Below, piece after piece: positions 1-8,433 of a DNA stretch of 64,000 nt; within the stretch, counting starts at the first letter, position 1, and each line of letters begins with the position of its first letter. The notes below the pieces were generated by a model. The model made no database searches, was not told the origin of the DNA, and saw only the letters and a program-made list of their open reading frames with translations. This DNA is from Nannocystis bainbridge (lineage in GTDB: Bacteria; Myxococcota_A; Polyangia; Nannocystales; Nannocystaceae). A program made the position numbers and the translations under genes. The DNA is taken from the NCBI RefSeq assembly GCF_028368995.1, contig NZ_JAQNDL010000005.1, positions 384,001 to 448,000 of the forward strand, written 5' to 3'.

Positions 1-1279
1 CGGGCGGGAAGCCGTTGATCTGGCGCCACACCTCGAAGCCGAGGCGGACCCGCTCGAGCAGCACCCAGCCGTTCGCGCGCACGCCCTGGCGCAGCCACCG
101 GTGGTCGGGCCACGGCAGGTCGTCGGGATCGGGCAGCACCACCACGCGATAGCGACCGCTCTCGTCGGCCAGCGCGTCGACGAACTCGACGACGCCGCCG
201 AACGTGCCGATCGCCACCGACGGCCAGCCGATGAACTGCACCGCCGGCCAGCCCTCGAACTGCAGGCGGACGTGCCGACCCGCGGAGATGAGCGGGCCGT
301 CGCTGCCCTCCATCCACAGCTCGACCGCGCTCGTGTCCATGTCGGGCACGAAGGACGCGATCACGTCGCCGGCCGCGACCATGTCGGTCCCGTGGCGGCC
401 GATGAGCTTCAGGATCGTCCCGTCGCGCGGCGCCACGATCTTCATCCGCTGCTGCCGCGCCATCCGGACCTCGAGCTGGATCAGGTCGGCCTCGGCCGTG
501 GCGAGCGTGCTCTCGGCCGACGCCACCGAGCTGCGCGCCTCCTCGATGATCGCCCGCGCGCTGGTGTCGACCGCGTCGGCGGTGGCGTCGAGCGCCCCGA
601 TCTCCCGCAGCGACGCCCGCAGCGAGGCCCGCGACGAGTCGAGGTTGGCCTTGCGCGTGGCCGCGTCGAGCCGCGCCAGCTCGAGCTCGCGGGTCGACGC
701 CAGCCCCTCGTCGAACATCGCCTGCGTGCGCGCGAGGTTGAGGCGGGCCGTCTCGGAGGCCGACACCGCGGCATCGACCGCTCGCTGGGCCGCTTCCTGG
801 CGGTCGCGACCGATGCGCGCGCGCAGCCCCGCCGACGACGACTGCGCCGTGCGGCTCAGCTCGAGCGTCGTGATCTTGGCCCGGTTGATGTCGACCGAGC
901 TCTGGGCCGCCATCCGGCGCGCCTCGATCGCCATCCGCTCGCGCTCCAGCCGCGCCAGGATCTCCGGGTCGTTGTCGCTGATGTCGGCGATCGGCTCGCC
1001 AGCCAGCACGTGGGTGCCCTCCTCGACGTGCCAGGTCTGCAGGCGCCCGTCGATCGGCGCCTCGATCGCGGTCTGGCGGTCGAGCGGCGCGTAGGCGATC
1101 ACGCGCCCGTCGCCGGGCACGCTCTGCTGCCACGGCACCAGCGCCAGCGCGGACCCGAGCATCAGCAGCGCCAGCATCATCAGCCGGACCGCCAGGTCGG
1201 TGCCTCGCGGCTGCCGCACCGACAGCAGGCTGGGCCGCGACACGTCGTACGCCGGGACGATGTGCATGGGTAATTCCAT
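1..1279 (-). CDS. HlyD-family membrane fusion protein (3' end beyond window edge)
   Basis: Own translation: MELPMHIVPAY..., TM helix LMMLALLMLGSALALVPWQQ, lipoyl-like IEAPIDGRLQTWHVEEG, coiled coil, and FEGWPAVQFIGWPSVAIGTFGG...LRQGVRANGWVLL. Not in the ORF track because the stop lies outside the window. An in-frame upstream ATG exists at 1609. Confidence 0.85.
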   Translation of the reverse strand, partial: MELPMHIVPAYDVSRPSLLSVRQPRGTDLAVRLMMLALLMLGSALALVPWQQSVPGDGRVIAYAPLDRQTAIEAPIDGRLQTWHVEEGTHVLAGEPIADISDNDPEILARLERERMAIEARRMAAQSSVDINRAKITTLELSRTAQSSSAGLRARIGRDRQEAAQRAVDAAVSASETARLNLARTQAMFDEGLASTRELELARLDAATRKANLDSSRASLRASLREIGALDATADAVDTSARAIIEEARSSVASAESTLATAEADLIQLEVRMARQQRMKIVAPRDGTILKLIGRHGTDMVAAGDVIASFVPDMDTSAVELWMEGSDGPLISAGRHVRLQFEGWPAVQFIGWPSVAIGTFGGVVEFVDALADESGRYRVVVLPDPDDLPWPDHRWLRQGVRANGWVLLERVRLGFEVWRQINGFPP

Positions 1280-1693
1280 GGGAGCCTCGTTCAGCGGTCC
1301 GCCGTCTCGCGCAGCGTCGTCAGCCCGGCGCTCGCGGCGCGCAGCAGAGGCGCGCGACCCGAACGCGAGGGCATGGGCGCGGAGATGGGAGACAGGTCGG
1401 AGTTCGTGGACATGGGCAGAGGGCTTCGCGGGTCGCTGCCTCGAATCGAGGCCGTGCGAAGCCAGGCCACGGGCCGCGGCGGCTCGGGCAGACAGAGACT
1501 TGGTGCTTCCGCGCGACTTCGGCGTTACTGCCGCTTCGATCCTGCGAGGACCCAAGGCGCGGCCTGACAGCGCATCGACCAGACGGTCCGACACGTGCCG
1601 ACGAATCATGAGTGAGGTGCGCGATTCACATGCTGCGGCGAACCAGCGACGAATCGTCGTTGGACGCGGCAGATCGGCTGCGCAGAGCGCAGC

Positions 1694-2041
1694 TCAGCAC
1701 CGACCGACCGGAGGCCCGCGCGCCTTGAGCGTCGCCCGTATGCCCATTCGCGGCGACGCGCTCGGCGCTGGCAACGGCCAGGGCGAGAACGCGTCGACCA
1801 TGGCCATCGCGACCTCGTCGGTCCGCGGCGGCAAGACCGGAGCGGTCTCGTTCCTGCGGGCCGAGTGATCGGGCGACTCTTGCTGGCGCGAGACGACCGG
1901 GACATCGTGCTGCCCGACCGAGCAGACCTCGTCGTCCGCGCCCTCGAGGATTCGCATGCGGGCGCCGGTGGTGAAAAGCAACGCGGTGGACACTGCGATC
2001 AGCAGCGCCAGCACGAGTCTCCAACCGGTCATCACACGCAT
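1694..2041 (-). CDS. Putative leader/arrest peptide with N-terminal hydrophobic signal and C-terminal ARGPP motif
   Basis: 115 aa; WRLVLALLIAVSTALLFTT hydrophobic segment; ends ...TLKARGPPVGRC; co-oriented and upstream of the hlyD-like gene. Confidence 0.65.
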   Translation of the reverse strand: MRVMTGWRLVLALLIAVSTALLFTTGARMRILEGADDEVCSVGQHDVPVVSRQQESPDHSARRNETAPVLPPRTDEVAMAMVDAFSPWPLPAPSASPRMGIRATLKARGPPVGRC

Positions 2042-2173
2042 GAAAGCTGATCGAGCCTATCACAGGACAGGCGAAGCTGCTCGCACGAGCAGGCGATGAT
2101 GCGTGAGAAATTCCCGGCCCGGGCGCCCCGGAGCCCGCGTTTACGCATTGCTGCGGCGACAGCTTGCGGCGCG

Positions 2174-3223
2174 TCACCCGAACAGGCGTCCGATCATCGC
2201 GTCGTCGACCGGCGGAAAAGCCGGCTCGTCCTCCGGGTGCGTGGCGAGGTGAGCCGCGAGCGAGGCCTCGACGAAGCCGCACAGCGCCGCGACCGCGGCC
2301 GCAGCCCGGTCGTCTGCGCGTGCCTCTGCGCCGAGAAAAGGCTCGAAGCGCGCCGACGCGCCAGCGCCAGCCGGGGCCGGCCGCGCGCGGAAGCCCGCGA
2401 TCCGCGAGGTCCACGCCGGGCTGCCCGCCAGCTCGAGCACGACGAGCGCGCGCGGTCCGGCGAGGATCATGAAGTGGACTGCGCCCGGCGGACCCGGGAT
2501 CACGAAGGTCTCGCTCATCACCGCACACGCGGTCGCGCCGGAGATCCGCCGGACCTCGGCGCAGGCGTCCGCGATCGCCTCGATCATCGGCCGGGCCGCG
2601 CTCGACGGCGTCACCGCGAACCACGAGGCGGGGCCCGGTAACAGTTGCAGCGCCGCCTCGACCAGGCCGGCGAGGTCGATGCGCCCGCTGTCGAGCGCGC
2701 TCCGGATCAGTCGCACCACGGCCTCGGCGCTCGGACCGGGGAGCCGGCGGTGGACGTGAAACGCATAGAGGCCGTCGGCCGCCGCGTGGTGGGCCGAGCA
2801 CAGGTTCATCACCACCCACGCGGTGTCGACAGCCCACGCCGGCTCGCCGAACACCGCCAGATCGTCGGCGGTCGCGTCGGGCCATAGCCGCTCCAGCAGC
2901 GCCGGTTCGCCGCCCGCCGCCGCGAGGTACCGCGCCCCGGCGCGCCGCGCCTGCGCCCGCAGCCGCGTCACGTCGCCCGCCGCGTGCTCGAGCTCGGTGA
3001 GCGCTCGCCCGATCTCGGGGTCGTCGAAGCGCCGGGCCAGCGAGCTCGCCAGCGCCGCGTCGCGGGCCACCGGCCAGCGCTCCGAGTCGTACCCCTCCCC
3101 GTCGCGCACCGCCGTGCCCACGTAGCTCTCGGGCGGCAGACGAGCGAGCAGCGGCGCGAGCGCCTCGCGCGTCACGACCCCGTCGCGGACCAGGAAGAAG
3201 AACGGCCCCGGAGCATCCATCAC
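2174..3223 (-). CDS. Hypothetical protein
   Basis: 349 aa ORF with globular-looking composition; no motif recognised. Confidence 0.55.
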   Translation of the reverse strand: MMDAPGPFFFLVRDGVVTREALAPLLARLPPESYVGTAVRDGEGYDSERWPVARDAALASSLARRFDDPEIGRALTELEHAAGDVTRLRAQARRAGARYLAAAGGEPALLERLWPDATADDLAVFGEPAWAVDTAWVVMNLCSAHHAAADGLYAFHVHRRLPGPSAEAVVRLIRSALDSGRIDLAGLVEAALQLLPGPASWFAVTPSSAARPMIEAIADACAEVRRISGATACAVMSETFVIPGPPGAVHFMILAGPRALVVLELAGSPAWTSRIAGFRARPAPAGAGASARFEPFLGAEARADDRAAAAVAALCGFVEASLAAHLATHPEDEPAFPPVDDAMIGRLFG

Positions 3224-3394
3224 CAGCCCGAGTCTACGCGACGCCCCGCAGCGAGCCCAGCAGCCCGCGCGCCGCCCGTGCGTCGTCGCTCGCGTCTACC
3301 CGAGCCTCTCCGGCGCGCCCGCGCTCGCCCCCCTGAGGCGTCCACGTCTGCGCCCCCTGCCGAGCTCGCTGCCTCGACCCCTCCGAGACATGAC

Positions 3395-3443
3395 TCGAAG
3401 GGCATGCCCGATCGACCATGACCGATCGGACATGCCCCTTCGA
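3395..3443. repeat. Imperfect inverted repeat (REP-like, GGACATGCC family)
   Basis: TCGAAGGGCATGCCCGATCG (3395-3414) pairs with CGATCGGACATGCCCCTTCGA (3423-3443). Confidence 0.6.
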
Positions 3444-3578
3444 ACATGCCCTCGTGGACATACTCATCCAGCGAGCTCCGGAGCGCGAGCGACCGGTCCC
3501 GCCGTGCCCGGCGCTGCCTGATCTCCGGCCGCGCCTGCCAGCGCCCCCTCGCCTGCCCGACCCGGCTACACTGCGGCC

Positions 3579-4058
3579 ATGCCCAAGCAGAGCGCCGGCA
3601 TCCTGCTGTTCCGCGGCCATGGCCCCGACCTCGAGGTCCTGCTCGTCCACCCTGGCGGTCCGCTGTGGGCCCGCAAGGACGACGGCGCGTGGACGATCCC
3701 CAAGGGTGAGTTCACCGCCGACGAAGAGCCGCTCGCGGCCGCCCGCCGCGAGTTCGCCGAGGAGACCGGCGTCGCGCTCACCGGCCCCTTCCACGCCCTC
3801 GCGCCGATCCGCCAGCGCGCCGGCAAGGTCGTGCACGCCTGGGCCTGCCGCGGCGACTGCGACCCCGCCGCGCTGCGCAGCAACACCTTCGAGATCGAGT
3901 GGCCGCCGCGCTCGGGCCGGCGGCAGAGCTTCCCCGAAGTCGACCGCGCCGCCTTCTTCTCGCTCGCCGCCGCCCGCACCAAGATGAACCCGGCCCAGGT
4001 CGACCTCCTCGATCAGCTGGCCCGCCTGCCGGTCGCGCTTGACCCTCACGTGACGTGA
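3579..4058 (+). CDS. NUDIX hydrolase
   Basis: LVHPGGP..W.IPKGE...AARREFAEETG Nudix box; FPEVDRAAFF. Confidence 0.92.
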   Translation: MPKQSAGILLFRGHGPDLEVLLVHPGGPLWARKDDGAWTIPKGEFTADEEPLAAARREFAEETGVALTGPFHALAPIRQRAGKVVHAWACRGDCDPAALRSNTFEIEWPPRSGRRQSFPEVDRAAFFSLAAARTKMNPAQVDLLDQLARLPVALDPHVT

Positions 4059-4070
4059 GGCCCTATCCCT
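4039..4070 (+). promoter_or_regulatory. MerR/TipA-type promoter with operator palindrome
   Basis: TTGACC (4039-4044), 19-nt spacer, TATCCC (4064-4069); the palindrome CCTCACGT-G-ACGTGAGG (4044-4060) lies directly upstream of the MerR gene. Confidence 0.8.
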
Positions 4071-4094
4071 GTCGGCGAGGCGCGAGGCAACGCC

Positions 4095-4859
4095 ATGGCA
4101 CTCACCGTCAAACAGGTCGCGAGCATCGCCGGGGTCAGCGTCCGCACGCTGCATCACTACGACGAGATCGGCCTGCTGCGCCCCTCGGGTCGCAGCAGCG
4201 CCGGTTACCGGCTCTACAGCGAGGCCGACCTGTCTCGCCTGCAGCAGGTGTTGTTCTTCCGGGCGCTCGAGTTTCCGTTGCAGGAGATCTGCCGGCTCAT
4301 GCGCGACCCGGAGTTCGACATCGGCGCGTCGCTGCGGATGCAGCGGCAGCTGCTGCGCGAGAAGGCCGTCCGGCTGCAGAGCCTGCTCGTGGCCGTCGAC
4401 GCCGCCCTCGCCCGCCTCGGAGACGAGCGACCCATGACGAATGACGAGATGAAGCAGATGTTCGATGGTTTCGACCCCTCGGTCCACGAAGCCGAGGCGC
4501 AGCAGCGCTGGGGCGAGACCGAGGCCTACCAGGAGTCCAAACGCCGCGCCGCGACCTACGGCAAGCGCGAGTGGGAGGCGATCAAGCTCGAGGCCGACGC
4601 CACCTTCGCGCGGCTCGCCGAGCTCATGAAGGCCGGCGTCGCCCCCGACGCCGCCGACGCGATGGACGCCGCCGAGGCCCACCGCCAGCACCTCGAGCGG
4701 TGGTTCTACCCCTGCTCGCCCGCGTTCCACCGCGGCCTCGGCCAGCTCTACGTCGACGACCCGCGGTTCACCGCCAACATCGACAAGACGAGCCCGGGCC
4801 TCGCCGCCTACGCCGCGGCGGCCATCACCGCCAACGCCGGGCGCGCGGGCTCGGCATGA
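4095..4859 (+). CDS. MerR-family regulator with TipAS antibiotic-recognition domain (TipA/Mta/SkgA-like)
   Basis: GVSVRTLHHYDEIGLL..GYRLY HTH; C-terminal EAQQRWGETEAYQES...HRGLGQLYVDDPRF. Confidence 0.93.
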   Translation: MALTVKQVASIAGVSVRTLHHYDEIGLLRPSGRSSAGYRLYSEADLSRLQQVLFFRALEFPLQEICRLMRDPEFDIGASLRMQRQLLREKAVRLQSLLVAVDAALARLGDERPMTNDEMKQMFDGFDPSVHEAEAQQRWGETEAYQESKRRAATYGKREWEAIKLEADATFARLAELMKAGVAPDAADAMDAAEAHRQHLERWFYPCSPAFHRGLGQLYVDDPRFTANIDKTSPGLAAYAAAAITANAGRAGSA

Positions 4860-5011
4860 TCCGCCGGGGCGCGGCTGACCCGGCCGCGCCCCCCGAGCGA
4901 GCGAGCCCCGTCGCATCCCGAGCAGGAGAAACCCGCCGCGCGCGCCGAGCGCGGACCGCGACGATTTTTTCTGAGCCGTCTCCGAAGGCTCGTGCGACCT
5001 CTGTCCCCACG

Positions 5012-5632
5012 ATGCGAGCGCGGGTCGTGGGGAGCGACATCGAGCCAGCGCCGGCCGTGACGGCCGGGGCCGCGGCGTTGCTCGAGCTGGCGCGCGCCGG
5101 CGACCCGCGGACCGGCGAGGTCCTGTTCGACCTCGTCGGCGCCCAGGTCAATCGCCTCGTGTGGCGCGTGCTCGGGGCCGACGAGGACCACGACGACCTC
5201 GTCCAGGAGGTGTTCGTCGCCCTGCTCGCCGGCCTCACGCGCGTGCGTGAGGCCGACGCGTTGCGCGGGTGGGTGGCCGCGGTGACGATCAACACCGTGC
5301 GCAGCGAGATCCGTCGCCGCCGCGTGCGGCGATGGTTCGGCATGCAGGCGGCGCCCGACGACCTGGGGCACACGCCCACCGCCTCGCACGAGGCCCGCGA
5401 GCTGCTGGGGCGCACCTACGCCGTGCTCGGGCGCCTGCCCGCCGACGAGCGCATCGCCTTCGCCCTGCGCTTCATCGACGAGCAGCCGCTCGGCGACGTC
5501 GCCGCCGCCTGCAGCTGTTCCCTCGCCACCGTGAAGCGCCGGATCTCCGCGGCCCAGGCCCGGTTTCGCCGGCTCGCCGAGCGCGACCCGATGCTCGCCG
5601 AACACTTGCGCGAACTCGAGGTGCAGCGATGA
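5012..5632 (+). CDS. ECF RNA polymerase sigma factor
   Basis: Region 2 DDLVQEVFV..LRGWV; region 4 LPADERIAFALR..CSLATVKRR; start chosen at ATG 5012. Confidence 0.88.
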   Translation: MRARVVGSDIEPAPAVTAGAAALLELARAGDPRTGEVLFDLVGAQVNRLVWRVLGADEDHDDLVQEVFVALLAGLTRVREADALRGWVAAVTINTVRSEIRRRRVRRWFGMQAAPDDLGHTPTASHEARELLGRTYAVLGRLPADERIAFALRFIDEQPLGDVAAACSCSLATVKRRISAAQARFRRLAERDPMLAEHLRELEVQR

Positions 5633-6747
5633 CGGATCCCGTGCAGCGTCTGGCCCGCGAGGTCGCCCGCACTCTCGGCGACGGCCCGGCGCCGATCCGC
5701 CGCCAGCGCCAGCGCGCCGCGGTCGCTCGCCTCACGCGTGCGCCCCGGCGCGCGGCCCGGAGCGCGTGGTGGCTCGCGCCGCTGGTCGCCGCCGCCATCC
5801 TCGTCCTGGTGCTCGCGCGCCCGGCCCCCTCGGTCGCCCCGCTCACCGTCACGGTCGCCTCGCAGGCCGTCATGGTCGGCGCCCGGCTGGCCGCGCCCGA
5901 GCACGAGGCCCTGGTGCTCGAGTTCTCCGATCGCAGCCGCGCCGAGCTCAACCCCGGCAGCGCCGCGCGACTCACCCGGGCCGAAGCGACCCGCGTCGAG
6001 CTGCACCTCGAGCGCGGCGCCGTCGCCCTCGACGTGCAGCCCGCCGCAGGCCGCGAGTGGTTCGTGATCGCCGGCCCCTTCACCGTCGCGCTCACCGACG
6101 CCGCCGCCCGCGCGACCTGGGACCCCGAGATGCGCGCGCTGATCGTCGAGGTCCATCGCGGCAGCGCGAGTGTCGACGGCGCCGCGCCGAAGCATGTGAG
6201 CGCCGGCCAACGCCTCGAGCTGCGCGACCCGCCGGTCGTGGCTACCACCGCGGGTGACGCGAGCCCATCGCTCGACGCGACCACGTCGCTCCCGGTAGCG
6301 AGCGCGAGCTCATCCCGCGCCCCGACCGATCCGTCGATCCCGCTCTCGCGCGAAGCCACGAAGCCGCGCCCTTCCGGGTCACCGACCTGGATCGCGCTCG
6401 CCGACGCCGGTGATCACGCCGCCGCCCTCCTCGCCGCCGAGCGCCTCGGCTTCTCCTCTCTATTAAAAACTCTGGACGCCGAACGCCTCGACCTGCTCGC
6501 CCGCTGCGCCCGCTTCGCCGGCGACGGCCCGCGCGCCCGCGACGCCTTGCAGGCCCTGCGGCGCCGCTTCCCGGGCGACCCACGGGCCCGCACCGCCGCC
6601 TTCTTGCTCGGCCGCGTCGCCCTCGATCTGGGGCGCGATCCGGCGCATGCCCGCGAGTGGTTCACCACCTACCTGTCCGAAGAGCCAGACGGTCCTCTGG
6701 CTGGCGACGCCCGTCGTCGGCTCGACGAGCTCGCCCCGCGAAAATAA
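5629..6747 (+). CDS. FecR-domain anti-sigma factor with C-terminal TPR
   Basis: ATGA overlap with the sigma gene; TM WWLAPLVAAAILVLVL; FecR-like FSDRSRAEL..LERG..VIAGPFTV; TPR AAFLLGR..AREWFTTYLSEEPDGPLA. Confidence 0.82.
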   Translation: MTDPVQRLAREVARTLGDGPAPIRRQRQRAAVARLTRAPRRAARSAWWLAPLVAAAILVLVLARPAPSVAPLTVTVASQAVMVGARLAAPEHEALVLEFSDRSRAELNPGSAARLTRAEATRVELHLERGAVALDVQPAAGREWFVIAGPFTVALTDAAARATWDPEMRALIVEVHRGSASVDGAAPKHVSAGQRLELRDPPVVATTAGDASPSLDATTSLPVASASSSRAPTDPSIPLSREATKPRPSGSPTWIALADAGDHAAALLAAERLGFSSLLKTLDAERLDLLARCARFAGDGPRARDALQALRRRFPGDPRARTAAFLLGRVALDLGRDPAHAREWFTTYLSEEPDGPLAGDARRRLDELAPRK

Positions 6748-6751
6748 ATGA

Positions 6752-6907
6752 GCCGCCCATGAATCCGAGTTCGGCTGCTGCAGCGCCTCTTGCGGATTCG
6801 CCGGCCCCGACACCTGCCCGGGCGGCCTGACATCGCGACCCTACTTCGAGCTCTGGGAGGACGCCCCCGACGACCCAAAGGACATCGGCATCTGCGCGCT
6901 CCCGTGA
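6752..6907 (+). pseudogene. C-terminal remnant of a Cys-rich myxobacterial lipoprotein
   Basis: Frame reads EFGCCSASCGFAGPDTCPGG..PYFELWEDAPDDPKDIGICALP*, with no in-frame start codon after the preceding stop. Confidence 0.55.
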
Positions 6908-6983
6908 TCCGCACGACCGCGCGGCCAGGGTGACCCGCCGCAAGCTCGCCGCCGTCGCGCTCGCACCCCGGCGAATCATTCGC

Positions 6984-7025
6984 TGTCCCTCAGGACATGC
7001 CCCAATGAGCATGTCCTGAGGGACA
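6984..7025. repeat. Perfect 17-bp inverted repeat (REP-like)
   Basis: TGTCCCTCAGGACATGC-cccaatga-GCATGTCCTGAGGGACA. Confidence 0.8.
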
Positions 7026-7117
7026 TTCAAGCATGCCATCCAATCGCCGGCGCGTGCATACGAGCCGCGCCAATTCACAGTCGCCGAAGCCCTGGCCATC
7101 GGGCATCCTTCCGGCCG

Positions 7118-8359
7118 ATGGCTCGCCCCGCAGCTTGCTTGCTCGCCGTCCTCCTCGGAACGACCGGCGGCTCCGCGCGCGCGGCCACCGTGGTGGTGGT
7201 CCGCGCCGACGGCGGCGCCGGGCCGCGCTGGGGCCTCGCCGAGCAGCGCGTCCGCGACGAGCTGCGCGCGCTCGGCATGACCGTCGCCGACGCGCGCCCG
7301 TCCAGCCTCGACGACGGCGCGATGGCGGCCCTGCTCGCCGAGCACGCCGCCGTCGCCGCCGTCCACATCACCCGCGCCAGCGATCGCGCCGAAGTGACGC
7401 TGTGGCTCGCCGAGCCCGCCCCGCGCCGGATCGCCCTCACGCTCGAAGGCAGCCAGCCCGCAGCCATCGCTGCCCTGCACACCGCCGAGCTCGTGTACGG
7501 CGAGAGCCGCAGCGCGACGCCCCCTCGACCCGTCGCCGACGCCGACGCCGCTCCGCCCGCCCCGCTGGTCTCGTGGGACCCCGCCGCGAGCACGAGCCCG
7601 CCGCCCGCGATCCCGGCCCCGCCGCGACCCGCCCCGGCAATGTCGACCGAACCGTCGCCGCAATCGCTCGTCCCCCCGCTGCCCGCCGCGGCCGAGGCGC
7701 CCCGGCCGTCCTCGCGACCGCCGATCTCGCAGCCCGAATTGGCCGCCCCGCCAGCGCCGACTCGCCCGCCGCAGCCCTCCGAATTCGATGACGAGCTCCC
7801 GCCCCTCGTGCGCGCCGCACCGGCCCCCGCGGGCCGGCAGGGCCTCCTCGTCGCCGTCGACGTCGGCGGCGGCCCGGGCGGCGCCGGCGTGCTCGTGGGC
7901 CCCGAGCTGGCCGCGCGACGCGAGCTGACGTCTCGCCTCGAGTTCGGCGGCGGGCTGTTCTCGCTGCTGTCGCCGACCTGGATGGCCGGCCCTCGCGGAT
8001 CGATCCGCCTCGGCCTGGTCGCCGCGCGCGTGCAGCTCGGCCTCCGCTGGCAGCTCGCGCCCCGCCTGTCCCTGCGCCTCGCGCTCGGCGGGGGCATCGC
8101 GCTCGGCTGGGCCGTCGGTCGCGCCCTCGAGCCCTGGCGCAGCGCCACCAGTTTCGCGCCCGTCGGCCTGCTGTCGCCGGCGATCACCTTCGTGATTCCT
8201 TTCGCTCGCCGCGCCTCGCTGCACGCCGGGTTCGCGGCCGACATCCTGCTGCCGGCGATGCGCATCCACAGCGCCGGCCTCGAGACAGCCCGGCTCGGCC
8301 TGCCGCTCCTGCGCGGCGTCCTCGGTATCGCCTGGGACTGGTCGCTGCGCCGCCCGTGA
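7118..8359 (+). CDS. Secreted/outer-membrane protein associated with the ECF module
   Basis: Signal peptide, Pro-rich linker, C-terminal amphipathic beta-strands ending LGIAWDW. Confidence 0.7.
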   Translation: MARPAACLLAVLLGTTGGSARAATVVVVRADGGAGPRWGLAEQRVRDELRALGMTVADARPSSLDDGAMAALLAEHAAVAAVHITRASDRAEVTLWLAEPAPRRIALTLEGSQPAAIAALHTAELVYGESRSATPPRPVADADAAPPAPLVSWDPAASTSPPPAIPAPPRPAPAMSTEPSPQSLVPPLPAAAEAPRPSSRPPISQPELAAPPAPTRPPQPSEFDDELPPLVRAAPAPAGRQGLLVAVDVGGGPGGAGVLVGPELAARRELTSRLEFGGGLFSLLSPTWMAGPRGSIRLGLVAARVQLGLRWQLAPRLSLRLALGGGIALGWAVGRALEPWRSATSFAPVGLLSPAITFVIPFARRASLHAGFAADILLPAMRIHSAGLETARLGLPLLRGVLGIAWDWSLRRP

Positions 8360-8433
8360 GGCGCGAAAAAAACTACGCCCGCTCGGCGACGGAACCCGCG
8401 AGGCGCGGAGAACCGCTCGAGTGAAGGACGATC

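Noticed and set aside
101-1273. Long + strand ORFs, and many other long Arg/Ala/Pro-rich ORFs across the window
   Set aside because: Shadow frames of real genes in high-GC DNA; they carry no motifs, and the opposite strand or another frame has clear family signatures
4857-6979. 18-bp inverted match ATGAT(C/T)CGCCGGGG(C/T)GCG flanking the ECF/anti-sigma pair as transposon ends
   Set aside because: Short and GC-rich, with no transposase or target-site duplication seen; may be chance
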